From a virus, in the IMG/VR virus record IMGVR_UViG_3300030202_002773, positions 1 through 64,000 of that record: 64,000 bases of DNA; one strand, given 5' to 3'. Positions 50,034-59,333 of the stretch are shown piece after piece. The position numbers and the translations under genes are program-made. Below the pieces are notes generated by a model that saw only the letters and a program-made list of their open reading frames with translations, had not been told where the DNA came from and ran no database searches. How positions within the stretch are numbered: the first letter of the stretch is position 1; every line of letters starts with the position of its first letter.

Positions 50034-50427
50034 ACATAGACATTTTTAACAATAATAAATAACCAATTAAATCATCAACTGTATCCTCAGTTTCATCATT
50101 AATTCCTTTATTTTTTATCCTCATTATTTTATCATCAATTCTTGCACATAAAGCTTCAGTAGCATTAAGCTTACTAAATATACCAGCAGGATTTAATGCA
50201 CTATTTCCATATGATTTATTTTTTGATTTTAATAAATCTGTAACAGATTTTGCAATAATATCTAATTTTTCATCAAATGGAATATGTGCTCCTTTATTTC
50301 TATCAGGTTGATAGTAGTATTTACTATGTCCAAGTGTATTATTCATAGAATAAGGAGTATTAAATTCCATTCCTTTTGGTGTAGACATTTGTACTTTGCC
50401 TTTACACCCGCAATCTTTATCTTTCAT
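50032..50427 (-). CDS. nucleotide modification associated domain 1 (Nmad1/DUF1599-like) protein
   Basis: LLKSKNKSYGNSA...ARIDDKIMRI...EDTVDDLIGY. Confidence 0.75.
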   Translation of the reverse strand: MKDKDCGCKGKVQMSTPKGMEFNTPYSMNNTLGHSKYYYQPDRNKGAHIPFDEKLDIIAKSVTDLLKSKNKSYGNSALNPAGIFSKLNATEALCARIDDKIMRIKNKGINDETEDTVDDLIGYLLLLKMSM

Positions 50428-51191
50428 ATTTTTAATTGTTTTTTAATTTCATAAGTTTCTAAATCATAAAGCTCATTATCAAAATCTATAGCAGTTAAAA
50501 GTTCAGAATTTAAGTCTATTTTAGCATCTAGTTTCTTTTCCATAGCTTTTCTTCTTTTTTCTGATTTCCATAATACATGCGCAACTTGATCATTCATTTC
50601 TAATCCGTGAAATTCTAATATATGAAATTTATAATTTTCATCCATTTCTGAATATTTACCTTGTTTTAATTTTTTATAGTTTTTAACATGCTCTTTTGGA
50701 ATATCAAATATAAATAATACATGATATGGATCTATATCTATTTTTTCTGAAAAAGATCTAAAAGTTTTTAATGCTTTTTCAAACTTAAGGAATAAAGGAT
50801 CTATTGAAAATTTATACAGTAATACTATACAATTTTTTTTATCTTCTATTCCAGTAAATGCATTCATAAATAATTTATTCCAGAAAAATAATCTTCTTTC
50901 TCCTCCTAGCATTGGTAAAATAAATGTAGAACTTTTTGTCCTTGTAGCAGTTAATAAATCATAATACATTACATTATTTTTTACAACTTTTTTAATAGTA
51001 TTTATTTTATATTTGAATTTTTTAACTTCTGTAATACTATCAACTGTTACACATATACCATGTTCAGGACTTTCTAAAGATATTATTCTATCATCTATTT
51101 TGTGAGGTATTAAAGATGTTGTTCCCCCAGATACTCTGATAGCCAAAGCATTTATAGGAGTGTAAGTAAGTTCTGTACATTTTATTGCCAT
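50424..51191 (-). CDS. hypothetical protein of the replication block
   Basis: 255 aa; KSSTFILPML...LLYKF...F.IP......K..GKYS. Confidence 0.6.
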   Translation of the reverse strand: MAIKCTELTYTPINALAIRVSGGTTSLIPHKIDDRIISLESPEHGICVTVDSITEVKKFKYKINTIKKVVKNNVMYYDLLTATRTKSSTFILPMLGGERRLFFWNKLFMNAFTGIEDKKNCIVLLYKFSIDPLFLKFEKALKTFRSFSEKIDIDPYHVLFIFDIPKEHVKNYKKLKQGKYSEMDENYKFHILEFHGLEMNDQVAHVLWKSEKRRKAMEKKLDAKIDLNSELLTAIDFDNELYDLETYEIKKQLKI

Positions 51192-51928
51192 AGATCATCA
51201 GAATTTATAGGTTCAATTTCATAAATTGTAGAAGGATTAAGTTCCATATCTAGCTCTCTACGGACATCCGCTCTATCTTTTAGTATGTAAATAAGCTTAA
51301 AAGTTTCAGCAAATTTACTAATTCCTGCAGCATATTCAAACTTTTCTATATATTTATTTAAAACAAATTTTGGCATTTCATCAGTAGGTACATCTTTTAA
51401 CCATGTGTCAGCTGTTTTTGGACCTACTTTTGGTATACCTTGAATACCATCAGTACTGTCACCCATAAGCATTTGTTTCCATAAAAATGTTAAAGCTCCT
51501 TTTGTGTCTTGTACTACCATTTCTGCTTTTCCATAATTATAATGTGTTCCTGCATTTTGATACAATACATCTTTATCAGGGCTACATATAACTGTATTGT
51601 CACCGTGATATATAGATACTAAATCATCTGCTTCTAATTCAGGAATAGATGTAAAATGCCATTTTTGTCTTAAATATTCTTTAATAGCAGGAAAGATAAT
51701 AGGTTTATCTCCATATTTTCTATTTCCTTTATAAGGTTTAGTTTTAGCTGCAGCATATCTAAAACATTTACCAGATGTAAGAAATCCTGCATAATGTGTA
51801 GCTCCTACCTGCTCAAACATTTGATGTAATCTTCCGTCTAAACTTTCTAAGGCCTCTTCTAGGGTAGGCTTGCCCATTTCATAATAGATTAAACTATCGC
51901 CATCTATTAAAGCTGTTTTTTGTGTCAT
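51182..51928 (-). CDS. 5'-3' exonuclease / flap endonuclease (T7 gp6/T4 RNase H-like)
   Basis: IDGDSL, YKGNR, EADD, PDKD, GDSTDGIQGIPKVGPK. Confidence 0.9.
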   Translation of the reverse strand: MTQKTALIDGDSLIYYEMGKPTLEEALESLDGRLHQMFEQVGATHYAGFLTSGKCFRYAAAKTKPYKGNRKYGDKPIIFPAIKEYLRQKWHFTSIPELEADDLVSIYHGDNTVICSPDKDVLYQNAGTHYNYGKAEMVVQDTKGALTFLWKQMLMGDSTDGIQGIPKVGPKTADTWLKDVPTDEMPKFVLNKYIEKFEYAAGISKFAETFKLIYILKDRADVRRELDMELNPSTIYEIEPINSDDLWQ

Positions 51929-52079
51929 ATTTTAATTTTTATTAGGTTAAACATATCAGGGGAGGAATTGTAATTACACACAAAGTATAACAGCAATTAT
52001 AAATTATTTGTATTACTAACCTCCCCCTCTATGCATCAATTAAACACGAGTTGGAAAATCACTAAACAACTCTTCTCAG

Positions 52080-53111
52080 TTATTTCATGTATTTTCTATA
52101 CTCGGGTTTAACTTGAACTTTAAATGTATACAATTCCCTATTATGGATTTGTATTTCTTGTCTACATTGTACTTCTAATGCTCTAAAACATCTTGAATCT
52201 AGCATACCTTTATCTTCAAAATATTTAATAGCTCGTTCAGCATTAAAATTAGATAATGCATGTACATCATGTTTATCTAGCCAGTACTGAACATCTTTAT
52301 TTCTATTATAGTGATATGATTTCTCATCTAAAAGACAAGAATATGTATATAATAAATACGGCTCACCAGTAGGATCAATAGTTGGGATAATTTTACCAGC
52401 CATTTCTAATTCTTCCGCAGAAACATTATACCCATCTATCATCTTTTTAAGATCTTCCATTAACTCTTCAGTCATAGGAATTCTATTAGCAGATTGATTA
52501 AGAATAGTATCAGTTTCAATTACTTGTAGTTCACCATCTTCAATCATACTAGCTAATATAATAGACATTTTACTAAAGCAATAGCTGTCATAAGGAGCAC
52601 TAGTATAATCTATGTTCCACTGCCCTTGATCAGCTAAAGCTCTTTTATCTAATAAAACATTATTACCAGTATCATTATGATAATCTTGAACTGCTTGTCT
52701 ATGCTCATTAGAAAAATATCCATTATATATTTTAAACATTAGTTTATTTTGTGGAATATTATCTACTTGAGTATATGTGTCATAGAAATTAGTATGAGGT
52801 ATAATAAAATCAGCTTTTTCATAATCATTAGTAACACTAATCTTATGTTCTTTAAGCGCTGCTTTTAATCTCTCAGTTGATACATTATGCATTGGTAATA
52901 TAAAAGCTCTTTTAACTTGAGTTAAATCAGATGTTGTTTCTGTTTCTAAAAGCTCTATTATTTTATCATATTGAGCTAATGATTCTGATAAATATACTTC
53001 TTCTATTAACGTATTATTTACCATAAATCCAACTTGGTTACCGTCTTCGAATCCCAGATCAAGCAATGCCTGATCCGGAAATCCACCTGCGTGTATATTT
53101 TTACTTGCCAT
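52080..53111 (-). CDS. hypothetical protein linked to the MoxR/vWA module
   Basis: 343 aa, third gene of the tightly spaced vWA-AAA-unknown unit. Confidence 0.55.
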   Translation of the reverse strand: MASKNIHAGGFPDQALLDLGFEDGNQVGFMVNNTLIEEVYLSESLAQYDKIIELLETETTSDLTQVKRAFILPMHNVSTERLKAALKEHKISVTNDYEKADFIIPHTNFYDTYTQVDNIPQNKLMFKIYNGYFSNEHRQAVQDYHNDTGNNVLLDKRALADQGQWNIDYTSAPYDSYCFSKMSIILASMIEDGELQVIETDTILNQSANRIPMTEELMEDLKKMIDGYNVSAEELEMAGKIIPTIDPTGEPYLLYTYSCLLDEKSYHYNRNKDVQYWLDKHDVHALSNFNAERAIKYFEDKGMLDSRCFRALEVQCRQEIQIHNRELYTFKVQVKPEYRKYMK

Positions 53112-53113
53112 AA

Positions 53114-54289
53114 TTATTTAATTGTCATTTTGACGATAGCTGGATTCATCATCATTTTGTTAAACTTCTGCTTATTTCCAGTAAATATAGTTCTAACTAC
53201 TAAATACTTTAAATCATTAGTAAAATAGTCTTTTGTGCACAGATTAATAAGACGCTCTTGCATTTTTGGCGTTACAGTGTCTGTTTTTGAAAAAGCAACA
53301 GAGAAATTAGCTATTCTTGTAGCTAAAAGACTAGCTATATCAGCTCTATAGTTATCGTCTTTACCTATACACTCAGTTACTTGAGCCAATACTTCTTCTG
53401 GTCCAGTTACTATTTCTTTAGGAGTTATTAGCTTATCTAATTTATTATTGATAAATGTGGTAAACATAGATGCAAACTCATTACCTACGCTACCTTCACC
53501 AATCATTTGAATTAATGGCAACTGTTCCTCAAACTTTTTAATACTTGATATACTGTTAAAGAACGTTGAAATAGAACGGGCATTAGTCTCTTGCGTTACT
53601 AGCTCAGGGTGCATAAGCAAGAAATTAATACATCTAGTGTCTATTTCATTTTCTTCTGCCCATCTAGCCCATACATCTATATCAAATTTAAGATTAGCTG
53701 TGATGTAACGAGTTTTCTGCGCAGAATCTACAGAGTTAACCATATAATCACCGTTGTCAGGATTAGCAGTCAATATAATATGCCAGTCTTTAGGTAAGGT
53801 CCACGAGATATAAGTCTGCCTGTCTACTAATTCCATGCATGCTTGGATAAATCTTGTGTCTGCACGATTCCAGTCGTCAAGTAGTAATACACCACCAGCT
53901 TTCTTATCAGCAATCCATTCCGGAGCTGAGTAAGACATTCTACTTTTACCTGTAGTTTGAAAACCTAGTTTAGAATGGTCGTTAACAGCTACCTCATCTA
54001 CCCATTTACCTATTTTCTTACCATCTTTACTAGTCCACATTTGAAATTGTTTAATAGGAAAACCTACTAAGTCACCTAATTCTTCTATCTGAGCTAGGTT
54101 AAGTTTAACAAAGTCTAAACCATGTTTAGCTGTCATGTCCATAATACTAGTAGTTTTACCAATACCGGACTCACCTACCACTTCTATTGCTACAGGCTTC
54201 TTACCGCCTGCCTGTAAGTGACGGTTGTTTGTTATGATGTGTCCTACAAAATCTTGTAGTTCATCAATGTTTAAATTTACTTCATTCAT
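53114..54289 (-). CDS. MoxR-like AAA+ ATPase
   Basis: Walker A GESGIGKT, LGDLVGFP, Walker B LLLDDWNRA, LTANP, DSAQKTR, NARS. Confidence 0.9.
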   Translation of the reverse strand: MNEVNLNIDELQDFVGHIITNNRHLQAGGKKPVAIEVVGESGIGKTTSIMDMTAKHGLDFVKLNLAQIEELGDLVGFPIKQFQMWTSKDGKKIGKWVDEVAVNDHSKLGFQTTGKSRMSYSAPEWIADKKAGGVLLLDDWNRADTRFIQACMELVDRQTYISWTLPKDWHIILTANPDNGDYMVNSVDSAQKTRYITANLKFDIDVWARWAEENEIDTRCINFLLMHPELVTQETNARSISTFFNSISSIKKFEEQLPLIQMIGEGSVGNEFASMFTTFINNKLDKLITPKEIVTGPEEVLAQVTECIGKDDNYRADIASLLATRIANFSVAFSKTDTVTPKMQERLINLCTKDYFTNDLKYLVVRTIFTGNKQKFNKMMMNPAIVKMTIK

Positions 54290-54300
54290 GTTTAATTGTT

Positions 54301-55482
54301 TTAATTTAATTGTATTTTTATTCCAGTTAATTCCTCATTTATTTCATAAGCTTTAGAGCTATGTACCCATAAAGCGTTTTTAGGGCAATTTTCAGGATTG
54401 CTTGCTTCACCATCTGTAAGACATATAAATCCTGAGTACTTATTTTTAGGATCATTGTAATGATCTACAACATCCTGAAAATCTGTACCACCTCTACCTT
54501 TAATTTCCCAATTTTTCTTAGGATCAAAATCAGATACATCTGTAATCTCTGTGTCAAATTGTGCAACAGTAATTTGGTTACCAGTTTTATGCATATGTGC
54601 TAACTCGTGCATAAACTCTACTAACTCTTCACTGCTAACAGATCCTGATGTGTCAACGCCTACTAGTACGTGATTCTTATGCTTAATCTTAAGACCTGGA
54701 TTAGCTGCGTAACGTTTGTTATCTTTACGTCTAAGCTTTTTAGTATAGACTTTAGATGCATTGTTAACATAGCGTTTAAGAAAGGATTTCCAATTGAACT
54801 TAGGAGGCTCTATATGAAATAATCTTTCGATTATCTCTGCAAGTTCTCCAGGGATGGATCCACACTTCTTTTGGATCTCTTCTGCAGTCTGCTTCATCTG
54901 ATGCTCATATTGCTTTTGTACTAACTTTTTCTCAGCTTCAGGTAAATCACCAATTTCTTTCCATTCTTTATGACAGTATTGGCTATTACCATCCATTTGA
55001 TCTAAGATTTTCTGAAGAGCTTCATTACATGATCCACCTTTACCGTCACAGGTATCATTAAGTATATCATAATACACTTTAGTACCTGCTTTTGGGTGTT
55101 TATGTATCTCAGTGCCTGGAAAAGAATGTAAAGTTAATCCGCCTTCTGGTAACATATGCTTATCAATATATTGGTTGATTTCTATATCTGCCGCAATATT
55201 AAAAAGCTTTTTATTAGGATATTTGTCTGCTAGTATAATGTGTCCAAAAGCTATATGTAGTAGCTCATGTTTTAGCAAACCGTGCTGATGGTCCTCACTT
55301 AGATCTCCAAAGAAATCTGGATTAATAACTAGTCTCATCCCAATGCCGTGTTTTCCTACACCTGCGGTAGCGCAACTCTTAGTGAACTCTTTTTGTAGTC
55401 CAATAAGAAAGATACCGTAGAAAGGCTCTGAAAATATCAATGTCTTAGATATTCTAGAGAGTTGATCTTGAACTGTTCTCAT
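54301..55482 (-). CDS. metallopeptidase plus vWA domain protein (DUF2201-like)
   Basis: HELLH, NIAADIEINQ, MIDAS VDTSGS, GRGGTDF, LTDG. Confidence 0.9.
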   Translation of the reverse strand: MRTVQDQLSRISKTLIFSEPFYGIFLIGLQKEFTKSCATAGVGKHGIGMRLVINPDFFGDLSEDHQHGLLKHELLHIAFGHIILADKYPNKKLFNIAADIEINQYIDKHMLPEGGLTLHSFPGTEIHKHPKAGTKVYYDILNDTCDGKGGSCNEALQKILDQMDGNSQYCHKEWKEIGDLPEAEKKLVQKQYEHQMKQTAEEIQKKCGSIPGELAEIIERLFHIEPPKFNWKSFLKRYVNNASKVYTKKLRRKDNKRYAANPGLKIKHKNHVLVGVDTSGSVSSEELVEFMHELAHMHKTGNQITVAQFDTEITDVSDFDPKKNWEIKGRGGTDFQDVVDHYNDPKNKYSGFICLTDGEASNPENCPKNALWVHSSKAYEINEELTGIKIQLN

Positions 55483-55493
55483 ATTTAATTGTT

Positions 55494-56348
55494 TTAAAAT
55501 ATATACCTAATTGTGTTCCAAGGTATAATTTGATTATGTAGTTGTTTGAATTCTCGTATATACTCAGCTTTCATACCAAGTTTGTATCGTATATTTTCTC
55601 CTCCATACTGAGAGCGTTTAATTTCTTGCTTATCTAAAACCCACAAGTCTATTTCTGTTTCAGGGTGTTTCCCTAAGTTAACTGTGTGCTTCTTAAAGTT
55701 ATGTGTGAGAAAAATACATTCTGATAATACTTTATCTTTGTTTTTTACATAAGTATTTACCAGATTAAATAAATCTTTATAATCTTCTAACCACCCATCA
55801 TACACTATAATAGGGCTGTAATTAACGTGTACATCGTAACCAGCATCAATAAATCTATCAATAGCTTTTAATCTATCTAATATTTTAGAAGTTTTAGGCT
55901 CATGTAAATCTGATTTATGCTGTGGCATTAAACTGAATCTAATGCGTATCTTACTTTGAGGGTTAAATGAAAGAAGGTTATTGTTGACATATTTAGTTGC
56001 AAAGCTGCCCATAGCCATGGGGTGATCTCTAAAGAACTCAAAGATCTTTTCCCATTGATGGTGTTTAGCGTGCAATGCAAAGTCTTCGTTACAACTAATA
56101 TCATATGTTGTAAAGTCTGCGTGTGTTTGATTAGGTTTATCTACAGGTGTGAAGAAAGCATGGTTATTTATAGCTGTTAATATATCTCCTGTATTAGTTG
56201 CTACATCAAGACCACTATCTTTATGTCTTTTCATGTAGCAATAAGAACAGTTATATAAACAACCATAGCCAAAACTTGGACTAATAAAATCTGTAGATCT
56301 ACCTGAAGGCCTAATAAGCATAGACTTTCTAGTGATCTTTTTTATCAT
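55494..56348 (-). CDS. splB: spore photoproduct lyase-like radical SAM enzyme
   Basis: GCLYNCSYCY (CxxxCxxC), ISCNED (SplB H-donor Cys motif), FATKY, IRFSL, RLKA, SPII. Confidence 0.8.
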   Translation of the reverse strand: MIKKITRKSMLIRPSGRSTDFISPSFGYGCLYNCSYCYMKRHKDSGLDVATNTGDILTAINNHAFFTPVDKPNQTHADFTTYDISCNEDFALHAKHHQWEKIFEFFRDHPMAMGSFATKYVNNNLLSFNPQSKIRIRFSLMPQHKSDLHEPKTSKILDRLKAIDRFIDAGYDVHVNYSPIIVYDGWLEDYKDLFNLVNTYVKNKDKVLSECIFLTHNFKKHTVNLGKHPETEIDLWVLDKQEIKRSQYGGENIRYKLGMKAEYIREFKQLHNQIIPWNTIRYIF

Positions 56349-56563
56349 AAGCCTTCGTCTCTTTTTCCGTCTGCCATCATTTCAGCATGTGATTCTTTTT
56401 GCAATTCTTCATATTCATAATCTTCCATAGGTTCACAATGATCTTTGCATTGATAACAAAGACCTCTGTCTTCATCCATTTTTGCTCCGCAACAATCGCT
56501 TACCATGTCAGATCCGTAACCATCATCTATAGGGTTACTTAATTTCCAGTTATCATAGTTCAT
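56345..56563 (-). CDS. small zinc-ribbon protein
   Basis: SDCCGA...CYQCKDHC; acidic tail. Confidence 0.6.
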   Translation of the reverse strand: MNYDNWKLSNPIDDGYGSDMVSDCCGAKMDEDRGLCYQCKDHCEPMEDYEYEELQKESHAEMMADGKRDEGL

Positions 56564-56594
56564 AATTTTTGTTTAATTGATTAATAAAAAAGAA

Positions 56595-56770
56595 AAGATA
56601 GTATAGGCTTGCCGTTGATTCACACTTATCTTAAACTGCTCTCCATGTTCGCAGTAAAGTACTTACGCGCTTTCCTTCAATAAGTGCATCCGTTTTATCT
56701 GGACCTTCTATAGTGGCATCTTCTAACCACACGTAATGGGGCGGTACTCATGTTCGCACTATACTTTCTA
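56595..56770 (-). ncRNA. candidate structured ncRNA with nested helices and a pseudoknot; family not recognised
   Basis: GC-enriched 209-nt gap. Minus-strand helices AGUAUAG/CUAUACU, GAGUAC/GUACUU, UUACGUGU/GCGCGUAA, ACUGC/GCAGU and crossing GCACUUAUU/GAUAAGUGU; followed by a U-rich tail. Confidence 0.55.
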
Positions 56771-56772
56771 AT

Positions 56773-57204
56773 CTATAATTGTGTTATAAGTTCAACAACT
56801 TCATCTACTTGCTTTTTGTTTCTTGGCATAAAAAGCACATATTGTTTGTTGTTGTCTTTAAGATGTTTTTTAAATAGCTTCCACCTTAAAGGAAAAGACT
56901 CATTTGCATAGCCTTTTGTTTCGATAATAAATTTACCGTTGGGATCTACAAAATCAGGTGTATATGTTATAGGTCTGATTTTAGATCCTTTGTTATAAAG
57001 CTTTTTAGTTGTCCCTTCATAACAAGCCAATGGATAAACCATTGCAGGAAATATAGTAAATGTTTCCTCTTCGTATTTAACTTTAATTTTAGCTTCTTCT
57101 AATTTTTTATAACAATGTAACTCTAAATTAGATTTAAATTCGAGTCCTTTATACGTAGATTTTTTAGCATTCTTTACTTTAGATCTAGAGTACTTCCTCC
57201 TCAT
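56773..57204 (-). CDS. PD-(D/E)xK endonuclease (T7 endonuclease I/DUF1064-like resolvase)
   Basis: FKSNLE...YEEE...TYTPDF...IIETKG. Confidence 0.85.
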   Translation of the reverse strand: MRRKYSRSKVKNAKKSTYKGLEFKSNLELHCYKKLEEAKIKVKYEEETFTIFPAMVYPLACYEGTTKKLYNKGSKIRPITYTPDFVDPNGKFIIETKGYANESFPLRWKLFKKHLKDNNKQYVLFMPRNKKQVDEVVELITQL

Positions 57205-58351
57205 AATTCATTACATTAGTTTGAAGGTACCCTTCCAGACCTCTATTCTTATTCCAAATATACGCTTGACCACATCTAAGCGTTCCAACATATCCTTGTG
57301 TTTTATGCCATAAATCATTACCACAAATAGATGGGATAAATCTAACTTTAGTTCCCATATATTCATTAAGCATTTCTTTATGTCTATGTCCACAGTGTAC
57401 TTCTCTTACTTTAGCTCTACTCCACATAGCTGGTTGCTCTGTAGCTATAAGTAAAGGTAATTCTTGAGTTTTTTCTTTATCACCGTGTGTAAACATAATC
57501 ATATTAATTCCATATTCATAGTATTTACGAGCATCTAAGCTATTATCTACTGTTACATTCTTATTGTTTTTATATATAGCATCTAAAACTTCTCCTGCAT
57601 AAAACATACGTTCGAAGTCATGGTTACCTTGTACAACAACAACATCAACTGGCGCAAACTGAGCTAAGTAATCAATTGCTTTACTTACTAGGTGCCAGTA
57701 TCCTCTAAAAGATTCACGCCATCGCATATTATCTTGCTGAGGTGTACCTTTAGTAGTAGCTCGACTCATACCTTCTGAATTAAGTCCATCATTACCTACA
57801 GGTAATAAAAATCTATCTATTTCTAAACCGTCGGCTTTTTTATGTAGATCCATAATAGCTTGTATATAATGTTTTTCTATTATATTCATAGGCTCATCAG
57901 TTATCTTACCATAATGTATATCTGGGAGAGAAATCTCATAACAAATAGGATCCTTATGTTTTTTGTACTTAACTTTAGGAACTTTAACACTCCTAGTTTT
58001 AATATAATCTAATAAATCTGCTTTAATGTTAGGCATTTCATGCCACGAATTATGTGTAACAATACTAAATCTTTGTTCACCCATCATATTCTGCCAAAAC
58101 TTTACAGATTTAACATCTGCTTGAGTTAAGCCATTTTCTTTAAGATGGTCTAAATATTTAGTACTGCCTTTTAATTCATTTCCATTATCGTTATTCATTC
58201 TATCCTGAATACATTCTGCGGAAGTAACAGTTTTTTTACACTCTTGAATTAATACAGGATCTACGTCCCAATGTTCTGCTAACCAATCAACTCCTTTTTT
58301 CTGATAACTTTTTTTTGTTTGTAGTTTCTCAATAATTTCATCTTTTGTCAT
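57185..58351 (-). CDS. calcineurin-like metallophosphoesterase
   Basis: PDIHYG, GND, GNHD, FTHGD, GHRH. Confidence 0.85.
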   Translation of the reverse strand: MTKDEIIEKLQTKKSYQKKGVDWLAEHWDVDPVLIQECKKTVTSAECIQDRMNNDNGNELKGSTKYLDHLKENGLTQADVKSVKFWQNMMGEQRFSIVTHNSWHEMPNIKADLLDYIKTRSVKVPKVKYKKHKDPICYEISLPDIHYGKITDEPMNIIEKHYIQAIMDLHKKADGLEIDRFLLPVGNDGLNSEGMSRATTKGTPQQDNMRWRESFRGYWHLVSKAIDYLAQFAPVDVVVVQGNHDFERMFYAGEVLDAIYKNNKNVTVDNSLDARKYYEYGINMIMFTHGDKEKTQELPLLIATEQPAMWSRAKVREVHCGHRHKEMLNEYMGTKVRFIPSICGNDLWHKTQGYVGTLRCGQAYIWNKNRGLEGYLQTNVMNYEEEVL

Positions 58352-59333
58352 TTATTATATTTTTAAGTTCATTAAAACTACCTACTTTGCTAACCAAATC
58401 AGAAGGATCTTTAGATTTGAATTTGTCAGGCAGGCAGATATTTTCGAAACCATATAAATCACAAATTTTATTAGCCATTATTTGGCCTGGATTATTTTCT
58501 TTGTTAAAATCGTTGTCATATAAAATTTCTATTGTATTGAATCTTGTTTTTAACTCACTTATTAAATTTTTATCAGGTATTTGCATTTCACTTTGCATAG
58601 CTATAGAATTATAGCCTGCGGCATATAAACACATAATATCTTTGAGGGAAGAAGTAATAATAAGTCGCTCCCCTTTATCTGGGAGTTGGTCATAGCCTTG
58701 TATATCTGTTTTCTTTGTATTGCTTAACCACTTATTTTTTTCTTCATAAGGAGAATAGATTTTATATCGATTTTTAAATTTAAAAGCATAACTGATTGAT
58801 TTACACGTAAATCTATTGTTATTTATCCAAAAATGACTTATCGGTTCCACGGCAAAAGTATTAAGTATTTTTTTACTAACCAAATATTTTCGCCAAAAGT
58901 TCGCATCTTGTTTATTCCAAGGTCTTGCTTTCTTTTGAATTATTGTAAGTTTTTCAACAAGTTTGGGTTGATTTCTTCTATAGCCGAGATATCCCATTGT
59001 AAATAAGGATTCTTCTTTTTTATTACTTAAATTAAGATTAAAGTCGCAATCAATTATTTTAAGAGCGTCTATAAATGTACAATTATATTTAAATTGTACA
59101 TAGCCAAAGCAGTTAAAAGTATGATCAGGATGTCCAAAATCTTTATAAAGTAAATTTCCATTCCACATGATAATAGATGCAGTTGGTGTTCTATCTTCAC
59201 GTAAATCACTACAAAATTTTTTACTTAATTCTTTAAAACTAGGACAGTAATACATAAAAATGTCATACTCAGAAATTTTTCCAAGTATGACATCCGTATG
59301 TAAATGATCTTGACTGCTTCTTGATCTAATCAT
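58338..59333 (-). CDS. dnaG: DNA primase (DnaG/TOPRIM, crAss-type)
   Basis: SDLREDRTPTA...YKDFG, YKIYSP...KW, ITSSLKD, LYDND, KDPSD. Confidence 0.8.
   Translation of the reverse strand: MIRSRSSQDHLHTDVILGKISEYDIFMYYCPSFKELSKKFCSDLREDRTPTASIIMWNGNLLYKDFGHPDHTFNCFGYVQFKYNCTFIDALKIIDCDFNLNLSNKKEESLFTMGYLGYRRNQPKLVEKLTIIQKKARPWNKQDANFWRKYLVSKKILNTFAVEPISHFWINNNRFTCKSISYAFKFKNRYKIYSPYEEKNKWLSNTKKTDIQGYDQLPDKGERLIITSSLKDIMCLYAAGYNSIAMQSEMQIPDKNLISELKTRFNTIEILYDNDFNKENNPGQIMANKICDLYGFENICLPDKFKSKDPSDLVSKVGSFNELKNIINDKR

Noticed and set aside
56595-56770. Resemblance to cobalamin riboswitch (CGCCCC, GCCAC..GAAGG) or RNase P (GAAGGUCC)
   Set aside because: No AGGGAA or B12-box, and no P4 partner strand. 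Kept only as an unassigned structured RNA.
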